Of a DNA stretch of 64,000 nt, positions 55,894 to 64,000 are shown piece by piece. Positions within the stretch are counted from its first letter, which is position 1, and each line of letters starts with the position of its first letter. The notes beneath the pieces were generated by a model, which was not told the origin of the DNA, did no database searches, and saw nothing but the letters and a program-made list of their open reading frames with translations. The position numbers and the translations under genes are program-made. Source of the stretch: a virus; the IMG/VR virus record IMGVR_UViG_3300029133_000263; one strand, given 5' to 3'.

Positions 55894-56559
55894 ATGGCAA
55901 AAACTCTTCTGACTCAAAAAATAGAATCAGCGCTAAAGGTTTGGCATCCTGCCAACTATGGTGGATACCGGGTTGATTCGTTCCGTCAAGGCTTCGACGC
56001 TCTGGAAGTACCTGTCGAGTGTGGCTCGATAAAATCCGGCCTTGTTGACTTCGTTCGGGTTCAAGAGTGCTTCACATCAGAAACAAAATGTGGGACCTGC
56101 AAGCTGTCGATGTACAAAGACGAAGACAAAGACTTAGTTATGCCGTCCATCCAACAATGGACGCAGGAAGTGTCATGCCCTAAAGACATCTCCAGCTGGA
56201 ATTTTCGAAACGAACCCTGCACGGAACGGTTCTGCAGGCTGTACAAAACGAAACATACATACACCATCGACACTGTCATCACCTGTGTGGAAATCAAAGT
56301 TTCGGTAGGGGATTTTCATTCTGACCACGGCCACAACTTTGTAGGGCACTGCAACTACTACGCAATGCCGTTAGCGTTGTATAAGAAAGTGAAAGACGAG
56401 ATTCCTGACGGCATAGGCGTTTTGATTCATTATGACGGCGAAAACGCCTGCGGAATTCGCAAGAAAGTGGAGTGCAAGCCTCATCAGCTTTCAGAAGAAA
56501 GCCAAAAATGGCTCATCATGTCGGTTGCGAAACGGCTTGCAAAAGCAAGTGGAAGTTGA
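55894..56559 (+). CDS. hypothetical protein, possible PD-(D/E)xK nuclease fold
   Basis: D...EIK arrangement (VDFVRV ... CVEIKVSVGDF); many Cys/His. Confidence 0.4.
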   Translation: MAKTLLTQKIESALKVWHPANYGGYRVDSFRQGFDALEVPVECGSIKSGLVDFVRVQECFTSETKCGTCKLSMYKDEDKDLVMPSIQQWTQEVSCPKDISSWNFRNEPCTERFCRLYKTKHTYTIDTVITCVEIKVSVGDFHSDHGHNFVGHCNYYAMPLALYKKVKDEIPDGIGVLIHYDGENACGIRKKVECKPHQLSEESQKWLIMSVAKRLAKASGS

Positions 56560-56707
56560 GCATTTCTTAATTTGAAAAAGGAGAAAGTAATGAGAAAGTT
56601 TCTAAAGTTAATTGTTATCGCATTTTTGGCAGGATTCGCTATTTTCTGGTATGCTGAAACCCGAAAGCGCCGAACACTGATTCCGCTTGAATTCCGAGGC
56701 GAATGAA

Positions 56708-56920
56708 ATGCGGCAAAACATTAAAATTCTACTGGAAACCATCTGGTATCTGGTTCTGCCGGTGTTTATTTTTGTACTTAACATTAGATACTGGCATGGA
56801 TATCTTGCGAATCCTGGCTGGTCCTTGACCCATCCGTCATATGTTGTTCTTGGATTTGTCTTGAGCGCTGCGTTGTGCTTTGAGATTGTATATATCGACA
56901 TCAAGTTTGGGGAAAAATAG
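56708..56920 (+). CDS. small membrane protein
   Basis: two TM helices; a possible 39-aa membrane peptide ORF lies at 56590-56709. Confidence 0.35.
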   Translation: MRQNIKILLETIWYLVLPVFIFVLNIRYWHGYLANPGWSLTHPSYVVLGFVLSAALCFEIVYIDIKFGEK

Positions 56921-57061
56921 CGCTTGCTATATTATTCGATTTCGGTAAAATATAAAATGTAAACAGATACTAAGAACCAGTAGGATTCACAATCTGTATG
57001 TTTAGCGGACTTATCCCATCGTGGGGTAGGTCCGCTTTTTTTGTTGAAAGGAGAAGAATTC

Positions 57062-58222
57062 ATGAAAATCAAAAACAAGCTTTTACGGAGTACAGCGGCA
57101 ATCATCGCTGCACTCTTTGCACTCAGCTTCACCGGCTGCGGTCAGAGTCCGATAACCTCGGAAAGTCCATCCAGCACCGGGGTCGTCTCAGAAAGCACTG
57201 CAAGCAGTGAACAGACGGCTGGCGGTTCGGTGGACGGCAGCTTTACTATTCACTTTTTAGACGTAGGACAGGCGGATTCAGCTCTTATCACCTGCGACGG
57301 CCACTCAATGCTGATTGATGGCGGCAATGTAGATGATTCTAACCTCTTATATTCTGTCATGCAGCGTGAAACCGATGGGCACCTGGATTATGTCGTTGGG
57401 ACTCACGCGCACGAAGACCACATCGGCGGCTTGTCTGGTGCTTTTGAAGCCGTTACTGCGGACATGACTCTATGCCCTGTGACAGAATACGACAGCAAAG
57501 CATTTCGGAACTTTGCAAGCTACGCGGAACAAAAAGGCGGAGGCATCACGATACCGGATGTGGGTGAAACCTACACTCTGGGGGAAGCGAAATTCACGAT
57601 AGTTGGTGTTAATTCTGTTCCCGATGATACGAACAATGCATCAATTGTTCTGCGCATCGTTTATGGGAATACTTCGTTCCTCTTTACTGGTGATGCTGAA
57701 CAGGAAGCCGAAAATGTGATACTTGCATCGGGACAAGACATTCAGTCAACGGTTCTGAAAGTAGGTCATCACGGTTCAAGCACATCTACCTCAGAGGCTT
57801 TTCTGGACGCAGTGAATCCGACCTATGCTGTGATTTCCTGTGGAGCAGGGAACAGCTATGGCCATCCGCATCAGGAAACACTCGACAAGCTGCAAAACAA
57901 AGGTGTTGAGGTTTATCGTACAGACCTGCTGGGCGATATCTATTGTACATCGGATGGCAAAGAGGTAAGTTTCACTACCGGAGAATATCATGATGAGAAT
58001 CGGATTGAAGCCGGTTCTGCTGCAGAGTCCAATGATGAACAAAACAGCAGACCTCTTGTAATAGACAAAACATACGTTCTGAACACAAGTACCATGAAGT
58101 TTCACAGGCCCGATTGTTCTGCAGTCGAATCGATGAGCCAGAAGAATAGAATCGACTATATGGGTTCACGTGACGAGCTCATCCAGGAAGGGTATTCGGC
58201 GTGCGGGATTTGCAAACCATAA
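57062..58222 (+). CDS. MBL-fold metallo-hydrolase lipoprotein (ComEC C-terminal-domain-like) with C-terminal Cys4/His metal-binding tail
   Basis: lipobox FTGC; GTHAHEDHIGG (HxHxDH); C-terminal FHRPDC...CGICKP. Confidence 0.65.
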   Translation: MKIKNKLLRSTAAIIAALFALSFTGCGQSPITSESPSSTGVVSESTASSEQTAGGSVDGSFTIHFLDVGQADSALITCDGHSMLIDGGNVDDSNLLYSVMQRETDGHLDYVVGTHAHEDHIGGLSGAFEAVTADMTLCPVTEYDSKAFRNFASYAEQKGGGITIPDVGETYTLGEAKFTIVGVNSVPDDTNNASIVLRIVYGNTSFLFTGDAEQEAENVILASGQDIQSTVLKVGHHGSSTSTSEAFLDAVNPTYAVISCGAGNSYGHPHQETLDKLQNKGVEVYRTDLLGDIYCTSDGKEVSFTTGEYHDENRIEAGSAAESNDEQNSRPLVIDKTYVLNTSTMKFHRPDCSAVESMSQKNRIDYMGSRDELIQEGYSACGICKP

Positions 58223-58240
58223 AAATTGCACCTGATTTAC

Positions 58241-58268
58241 TCGACAAGCTGTGCGAACTGACTACAAT
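58241..58268 (+). promoter_or_regulatory. family promoter (TCGACA-N16-TACAAT, spacer AGCTGTGCGAACTGAC)
   Basis: read directly. Confidence 0.55.
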
Positions 58269-58382
58269 AAAAAATGTACGATAGATAACAAACATCGAAA
58301 AAGGCATTCTGCCTTTCGTACAATTCACAATTCTGCAGACATAAGGCAGACTCACCGTCTTGGTGGGCCTGCCTTTTTTGTT
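58269..58382 (+). ncRNA. ~110-nt leader ending in a terminator (GGCAGACTCACC..GGTGGGCCTGCC + T-run); homologous to 18591-18681
   Basis: shared TGTACGAYAGATAA start and ATTCAYAATYTG core. Confidence 0.4.
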
Positions 58383-58412
58383 TGCGCAACTATAAAAAAG
58401 GAGTATAACGCA

Positions 58413-59153
58413 ATGTTCAAAATTCACAATGACAAAGTCTATTTCGTCGCCGAGACCCCCGATATCAACAAAGTTATCGAAATCTTCCTACCCAAGGATG
58501 GCCATGGCACCATTATGAATTCACACGAAATTCGTGTGGACCTGTGCCGTGCCGTCATTCACATGGAGAAGAAGGGTATCCGTGTCTTGAAGGTCCGCAA
58601 CATTGAGGATACCAACAAGGCAAACATCGACGTCTGGCACATGCCGGAATATCAGGAGGCTGCAGAGTCTCCCACGAGCGATGTGGTCGATGCCTGCATC
58701 GAGTCCAACTTTGATTCCGGCGCAACGTTCAACCTGCCCTGCAAAGCAAACCGCAAGACTCGCGAAGTCTTCGACATTGAGTGCGGCGCTTGCCCTAATG
58801 ACGATGACACGTTCAGCTATGCAGAGGTTAAAGTTAATGGATGGCACTATCCGGTCAACAACATCACCGACATTATGGAGGAAAACGATGTTGACAGTGC
58901 GTTGGATGAGCTCTACCGCATCCAGCAGAAAGGCGAGTATTGGGAAGCATACGAGGGCAAATCGCTCACGGATGCCATCCACGAATTCCGCTGGGCTATC
59001 CTGAAGGATGCCATTCAGAAGCGCGGACATGAGGCTGTTGCTGATTTTGTCGGAACCGACATTTCCAGTGACGCTTATGACCGCGTGATGGACGAAACCG
59101 AAACCCAGATGCCGAACGAAGAATTCGAGCGCTTCTGGGAAAAGTACATCTAA
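58413..59153 (+). CDS. hypothetical acidic protein
   Basis: AAAAAGGAG RBS. Confidence 0.5.
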   Translation: MFKIHNDKVYFVAETPDINKVIEIFLPKDGHGTIMNSHEIRVDLCRAVIHMEKKGIRVLKVRNIEDTNKANIDVWHMPEYQEAAESPTSDVVDACIESNFDSGATFNLPCKANRKTREVFDIECGACPNDDDTFSYAEVKVNGWHYPVNNITDIMEENDVDSALDELYRIQQKGEYWEAYEGKSLTDAIHEFRWAILKDAIQKRGHEAVADFVGTDISSDAYDRVMDETETQMPNEEFERFWEKYI

Positions 59154-59188
59154 GAAACATCTCACACACAGAAAGGGAGCATATTACT

Positions 59189-59515
59189 ATGGCTATTTTC
59201 AACACCAACGATTTCCTTCGCAAAACCTTCAGCAAGACCATTTTTGGTACTGCTGCACTTCGTCCGGAAGCGGTTTGTGCAGACGGCTTCACCCTGTCTA
59301 TTCAGGCAAGCAGCATGCACTACTGTATACCGAGTGAGGACCTGTCGGACGGCGATTACTCTAAGGTCGAACTCAGCTACTTGTCTGAGGAGGTCGAAGA
59401 GTTTCTGCCGTTTGCTGAAGACGACGAGGCTCCGCTGGCTACGGTCTACGGGTATGTGCCTGTAGAAATCGTGGATGCGGTTCTTGCCAAGCACGGCGGC
59501 ATCGTCAACGTTTAA
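59189..59515 (+). CDS. small conserved protein, paralogue of 18721-19071
   Basis: shared motifs with the 18721 gene. Confidence 0.55.
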   Translation: MAIFNTNDFLRKTFSKTIFGTAALRPEAVCADGFTLSIQASSMHYCIPSEDLSDGDYSKVELSYLSEEVEEFLPFAEDDEAPLATVYGYVPVEIVDAVLAKHGGIVNV

Positions 59516-59530
59516 GAAGGAGGGATACCA

Positions 59531-59872
59531 ATGTTAAAGACTTTTACTGTCGTTGCCAATGAAGTTATTGGCTTATCCGCAACGGAATGCACGCTGATGC
59601 AGTTCAACTACAATCCGGAACAGATTCATGACCCCGAAACCGTTCTGCGCAGTGCCGTTAAGGACTATCTCCTGACGGATGAAGGCAAGCGTCAGTTGGA
59701 ACTCAACTGTGGCTGCTGGAACTGGGGCGATGTCGATGACATTCCCGACTCGTTCTTTTTGAACTATGGCCTAGCTAAAGTTGCTCCGCTTGATGTGGAT
59801 ATTGTCGTTGACCGCAACGAAAGCTTTACGGATGGCTGCGACGAGGACGAGGAGGAGTTATGCAATGAGTAA
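59531..59872 (+). CDS. hypothetical acidic Cys-containing protein (113 aa)
   Basis: GAAGGAGGG RBS; overlaps the next ORF. Confidence 0.45.
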   Translation: MLKTFTVVANEVIGLSATECTLMQFNYNPEQIHDPETVLRSAVKDYLLTDEGKRQLELNCGCWNWGDVDDIPDSFFLNYGLAKVAPLDVDIVVDRNESFTDGCDEDEEELCNE

Positions 59873-60029
59873 GTTGTACATTAACGGCGAAGTTGTGCAA
59901 AACGCTATTGGCTGGCGCTTGACCGCAGTTCCCGAACTGGGTTGGGCTATTTTGCTGAGTGATGGCACGCAGAGCTTTATCCCGAAAACAGAAATCAAAT
60001 TCATGTACGTTGAAAAGGGAGATGAATAA
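59865..60029 (+). CDS. small protein (54 aa), candidate precursor-like peptide immediately upstream of the radical SAM gene
   Basis: GGAGGAG RBS 7 nt upstream; coupled to its neighbours. Confidence 0.4.
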   Translation: MSKLYINGEVVQNAIGWRLTAVPELGWAILLSDGTQSFIPKTEIKFMYVEKGDE

Positions 60030-60030
60030 C

Positions 60031-60771
60031 ATGCGCATTTGTAGTGTAAGCAATGTGGTCATAGAAATCACGCGCCGGTGCAATATGTGTTGTGCGCACT
60101 GCCTGCGCGGAGATGCCGAAAATGTCGATATTCAGGAAAGATACATAGATGCTTTTCTTGACAGCTTTGAGAAAGGCGCTTGTATCAGCTATATCGTTTT
60201 CAGCGGTGGAGAGATTTCTCTGAATATCCCGGCAATTCGGTATATTCTGAAAGCCGTTAAAGAGCGAAACATCTCGGTTGGCAGCTTCTATATGGTCACC
60301 AATGGCAAGGCTGTCGATAAGATGGCGGACCTTGCTTTGGCGAGTCTTGAATGGTGGAACTACTGTTGCGACAAAGACGACGACATGTGCGGTCTTTGTA
60401 TCAGCAGCGACAACTTCCACGAGAAAATCCCGCATGAAAGCGAAGGCTTCTTTAGTGGCTTGAAATACAGCCACGACGATAAGGTGACGGACTTTCGCTT
60501 TCATCCCCTTATCAACGAAGGCCGCGCCGAAACCATCAATTCGAGTCTCTACAGAAAATGCGAACCATGCGTGGAGAAGCTCGAATACGAAATCAATGGA
60601 GATGACGGTATCGATTTCTGGTGCAGCGAGATGTACCTGAACGCTGTTGGTGATGTTGTCTCCGGCTGTAACTGGTCTTATGAGTCTCAGAAAAAGTACC
60701 GTATCGGGAACGTGATGGACAAAAACTGGCTGGATAATATCTCCGACAGCGAATGGTGCATTGCGAACTAA
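60031..60771 (+). CDS. radical SAM enzyme with Cys-rich SPASM/twitch-like C-terminal domain
   Basis: CNMCCAHC (Cx3Cx2C) near the N-terminus; about nine further Cys in C-terminal clusters (CCDKDDDMCGLC, CEPC, WCSE, GC, WC). Confidence 0.7.
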   Translation: MRICSVSNVVIEITRRCNMCCAHCLRGDAENVDIQERYIDAFLDSFEKGACISYIVFSGGEISLNIPAIRYILKAVKERNISVGSFYMVTNGKAVDKMADLALASLEWWNYCCDKDDDMCGLCISSDNFHEKIPHESEGFFSGLKYSHDDKVTDFRFHPLINEGRAETINSSLYRKCEPCVEKLEYEINGDDGIDFWCSEMYLNAVGDVVSGCNWSYESQKKYRIGNVMDKNWLDNISDSEWCIAN

Positions 60772-60790
60772 AAAATATCATCAACAAATA

Positions 60791-60827
60791 GCCACCGCCT
60801 CCTTAACGGGAACGGTGGCCTTTTTTC
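60791..60827 (+). terminator. intrinsic terminator between the radical SAM and ATP-grasp-like genes
   Basis: GCCACCG..CGGTGGC followed by T6. Confidence 0.6.
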
Positions 60828-60844
60828 AAAAAGGAGACCAAAAA

Positions 60845-62278
60845 ATGGCTGAAATTAAGAACATGCTTGCACAAATCGGTGCAATGCTGACCAATAAAAA
60901 AGATAAACCATTTTCTTACGAAGAACTTGCAGCAATGCTCAAAACCGACCCGGATGCTCTCAAGACCTTTGATGAAGTTTATAAGACTCAGGTCCTGGAA
61001 AGCCGAGAACTGCATGAGAACATGCTCCAGTGGAATTCGGCTACTATCAAAGCAATTCTCGACAAAAAGGTCTATTTTCCGCCAGAACTCAATTCACTGA
61101 TTGACCGCATCGTTGATGAACTGATTCCTGAAACGCGTCTGTATATCTACAATGCGAAACACGGCGGTTATTACGTGAAATACTCTGCCAACCGCGATTT
61201 TGTGACGGATGTGACGAACAAAGAGCTCAATCGCTACCCGGAGGAACTTCGTCCGCAGCTTACCGGAAAGTTGATGATGGTTGATGTTTCGGAGCCGTCG
61301 TACAAGTCACTGCTCCAGAATTACGCAGAATACAAGAACGCCAAAAACGACCGCATGAAAATGCTCTACTACAACCTCTTCCGTCAGGGTCTTGATATCC
61401 TTGACCTTGACGACTTCACTTATCAGATGTTGGAGATGAATCCCATTTCTATGGGTTTCTGGCTCCCGCCTCTGGTAGGAGGGTTGTACGGTAACAAGTT
61501 CTTCAAAGTGCCGGATACGAAGATTCTTCACGTTCCCATCACGATGCTGCAGCTTACCCGTCTTGGCTTTGAGACTCTAAATCCCGTGACGAAAGAAATC
61601 GTGAACCGCTATTGCCAGAAGGTCTTCCATCTCGACAGACACGAAGATTATTTCATTAAGACGGGCACGTACTCCTCCAAATACGAATTCCGAAACGCTC
61701 ATATCCACGAGCCTAAGGAAGTCGATGAGATGGGCGAGTATTTCCTGCTCCTAAATCATCTGACTTGCTCTATGGCAGCTCCCACGAATAACCGCAGTTT
61801 CTACGGCGCAAACACCACCAATGAGTGGGTTGTCCGAGAGTATATCAAGGATAAGGAAAACAATCCCACCATCTACAATGGCCTGCCGCTTCATACCGAA
61901 TATCGCGTGTTTGTGGATTTTGACACGAAGGAAATTCTTGGTGTGAGTCCCTATTGGCGCAGTGACGTTATGAAGAATAAGTTCAAGGAAGTCGCCAGCC
62001 CACAGGAACGCCATGATTACGTTGTCTACCAGATACACGAAGATGTTCTGAACCAACGTTACCATGAGAGCGTTCAGACCGTTCTGAATGAGATGGAAAA
62101 GGTCATTCCTCGAATTAAGCTGACAGGGCAGTGGAGTATTGATGTAATGCGCAATGGTGATGACTACTATATCATCGACATGGCCCTTGCTGAACATTCC
62201 GCTCTGAACGACTGCGTACCGAAAAATCTGCTTCGCGCTTATCCTCAGCAGTGGCTGCCGGGGGAATCGAACGGCTGA
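60845..62278 (+). CDS. hypothetical protein with ATP-grasp-like motif pattern
   Basis: FIKTGTYSSK ... EYRVFVDF ... WSIDVMRNGDDYYIIDMA resembles ATP-grasp nucleotide-binding elements; AAAGGAGACC RBS. Confidence 0.4.
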   Translation: MAEIKNMLAQIGAMLTNKKDKPFSYEELAAMLKTDPDALKTFDEVYKTQVLESRELHENMLQWNSATIKAILDKKVYFPPELNSLIDRIVDELIPETRLYIYNAKHGGYYVKYSANRDFVTDVTNKELNRYPEELRPQLTGKLMMVDVSEPSYKSLLQNYAEYKNAKNDRMKMLYYNLFRQGLDILDLDDFTYQMLEMNPISMGFWLPPLVGGLYGNKFFKVPDTKILHVPITMLQLTRLGFETLNPVTKEIVNRYCQKVFHLDRHEDYFIKTGTYSSKYEFRNAHIHEPKEVDEMGEYFLLLNHLTCSMAAPTNNRSFYGANTTNEWVVREYIKDKENNPTIYNGLPLHTEYRVFVDFDTKEILGVSPYWRSDVMKNKFKEVASPQERHDYVVYQIHEDVLNQRYHESVQTVLNEMEKVIPRIKLTGQWSIDVMRNGDDYYIIDMALAEHSALNDCVPKNLLRAYPQQWLPGESNG

Positions 62279-62314
62279 TTACAAACAACTAATAACATTT
62301 TGGGAGGTAAAATT

Positions 62315-63394
62315 ATGGCCACTATTAACGACGTAAAATATCTGACAGAAGAAGGAATTTATGAATTTCTTCACAACCCGAACGAAAATTATCTTGAGGG
62401 GTTCGCGGTAGATAAGGAACCCGCTTTCTATTGCCCTAGCAACTGCGAAGATGGAACGTATCTAAGGCTCTTCAAGGCCCCGGTTAACAGTAGGATGACA
62501 GAGTTGCTTATGCAGGATTTTAGATGGAGCGCACGAGAAGGCTGTTACAACACGCCGCTCCCTGAAGACTGCACAATCAGCTTTAAGCGTGCCGGATTTA
62601 TTGCCGATTCATCCAAGTTCTGGATTCTGTCGGATTATCTTCTTAAAGTTTGCCCTAAATTGAAACCTGAATTAACAGATTTCCGTCAGCAGTTTGAACG
62701 GGCATTCTGCAAGAAAATTCTCGACGATTTCAGTATGAGCCGTGACCTAATCAATAGCAAAGAAGCAGAAGGACGTGCAGAGCAGTATGCCATCTATGCT
62801 ATGCTCAAGAAGAAGCCGGTTTATCATGAATATGTAATTGACGATGCAATGAGTATTGTTCGCAGTTTTGGCTTTAGAAGCATGGCAAACTATATCCTTG
62901 ACGCGAATGATTATCTTGAAAGTGCATTAGCCAACCTCAAAGATAGAGTAATAAGAAGCTTTGTTTTTCAAGGAGTATGGTACAGCAGACGAGCATGTGA
63001 TTTTCCTAAAAAAGTTGAAGCTGCAAGACTGGCTGATAAAATTGCACATACGTTCATTGCTGCCGACAATGACTCTCAACGTATTGCAAAAAGTGTATGT
63101 GCATATTGCTCACGGGAACTTAATGATAGAAAAAACGTGACCATCACGATTGGAACCAGCGATGATAACGGTATTCCCGTTAAAGTTTCTTGCGATACCC
63201 TGCTTCATTATGAGCCAACCTCCAAAGAGATTTTTATCAATGTCAAATCCGCAAGCAAGAACGAACGCGAAAAAATCAATCAATACGTAAAAGATAACGG
63301 CGCTTTTGTAAGCGAAGACCTTGTTCCAATGAACCTTTTACAGTCTGTTATCTCCTACGGTTGGGAACATTGGAATCGAGATTTTCCTGAATAA
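62315..63394 (+). CDS. hypothetical protein
   Basis: GGGAGG RBS. Confidence 0.5.
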   Translation: MATINDVKYLTEEGIYEFLHNPNENYLEGFAVDKEPAFYCPSNCEDGTYLRLFKAPVNSRMTELLMQDFRWSAREGCYNTPLPEDCTISFKRAGFIADSSKFWILSDYLLKVCPKLKPELTDFRQQFERAFCKKILDDFSMSRDLINSKEAEGRAEQYAIYAMLKKKPVYHEYVIDDAMSIVRSFGFRSMANYILDANDYLESALANLKDRVIRSFVFQGVWYSRRACDFPKKVEAARLADKIAHTFIAADNDSQRIAKSVCAYCSRELNDRKNVTITIGTSDDNGIPVKVSCDTLLHYEPTSKEIFINVKSASKNEREKINQYVKDNGAFVSEDLVPMNLLQSVISYGWEHWNRDFPE

Positions 63395-63467
63395 TAATCC
63401 TAGATATTTGTATCACTCATACAAAGCTGGAAAACTCCTGGATTGACTTTCCCAAAAAATAACAGTT

Positions 63468-63507
63468 AAGACCACTGCCCCGAAAAGGGTAGTGGTCTTA
63501 TTTTTTT
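63468..63507 (+). terminator. intrinsic terminator
   Basis: AAGACCACT..AGTGGTCTT stem followed by T7. Confidence 0.65.
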
Positions 63508-63544
63508 GCACAATACTTACCATAAATTACCAGAAAGAAAAACG

Positions 63545-63572
63545 TTGTGCATCTGTGCGAATTGCATATAAT
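63545..63572 (+). promoter_or_regulatory. family promoter (TTGTGC-N16-TATAAT, spacer ATCTGTGCGAATTGCA)
   Basis: read directly. Confidence 0.6.
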
Positions 63573-63689
63573 ACAAAATATAGAACGAAAGGCATCAAAA
63601 AATATCGTTGGTCGGGCAAAATCGGACCAAAAGGCTAGGGCAGCTCGGAAATACAGAAGGAGTCAAATCTAATGGAAAGGAGGCTTCAC

Positions 63690-64000
63690 GGTGAAAATAA
63701 CTTCAAGCTATGCCGTAGAAATAAAAAAGCAGCGGATGTTCGATGATACTATAAAATTGTATCGTGAAGCCGTTTCTTTCTTGATTGACTGCTTTAACAA
63801 AGAATGGCCAGCCATTCAAGCCGTTGATAAAGCAAAAGCTAAGTTCAACTTTGCTGAAAAGTTGGTACACACAACTAAATACAATGTAGCAAAGTATGAT
63901 TTTGATGCAAAATTTTATAAATTCCCTAGTTATTTGCGCAGAGCTGCTATTCAAGCGGCGCTGGGCTCCGTAAGCAGTTACCGCAGCAACTATAAAAACT
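63690..64000 (+). CDS. 5' part of a gene running off the window (hypothetical; begins VKITSSYAVEIKKQ)
   Basis: GTG start 7 nt after AAGGAGG; open to the window end. Confidence 0.4.

Noticed and set aside
14928-63572. Reading the conserved GTGCGAATTGCA element as a sigma-54 (-24/-12) promoter
   Set aside because: There is no GG/GC pair at the required 12-nt spacing (the G-to-GC distance is 9). Good sigma-70 style -35 and -10 hexamers flank it at 16-nt spacing.

Overview
GC ~50% Firmicutes-like accessory DNA, very probably part of a large conjugative plasmid or ICE; almost all genes are on the + strand. (1) 0.3-11.5 kb is a Gram-positive type IV secretion core: a membrane-anchored M23-peptidase cell-wall hydrolase, an acidic lipoprotein, a VirD4/TraG-type coupling ATPase, a PrgI/VirB3-like membrane protein and a VirB4 ATPase. 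No relaxase is visible in the window. (2) 11.5-27 kb holds small cargo genes: a secreted thioredoxin-fold protein, a metallophosphoesterase, two tandem zinc-ribbon-repeat paralogues (one with a Vsr-like endonuclease domain), a Y-family translesion polymerase with a YolD-like partner, and a DUF1273/SLOG protein. It also holds two arrays of short direct repeats in non-coding DNA. (3) 27-64 kb is a long run of accessory modules. These include a minus-strand operon for an HD-domain protein plus a 509-aa partner, an SPFH/flotillin + membrane protein + vWA trio, and a nucleic-acid-enzyme island. The island carries an SF2 helicase, a NADAR/YbiA-like protein, a GIY-YIG nuclease, an N6-adenine methyltransferase, a DUF4145-like protein, a DUF262 ParB-fold protein, an SF1 helicase, a ParB-N-like protein and a PD-(D/E)xK-like protein. 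A radical-SAM/SPASM protein sits next to small peptide ORFs and an ATP-grasp-like protein. The most striking feature is a family of at least 15 near-identical promoter modules. Each has a -35 of TTGnnn, a 16-nt spacer carrying the quasi-palindrome (C)TGTGCGAATTGCA, a -10 hexamer, and often AAATATAGGA at the presumed start site. At least eight of them are followed within 55-130 nt by an intrinsic terminator. These are promoter-proximal leader terminators or sRNA units, and they suggest one regulon under operator and/or antitermination control. A 628-aa XRE-HTH protein is transcribed divergently from two tandem copies of the module. No rRNA, tRNA or CRISPR was seen.
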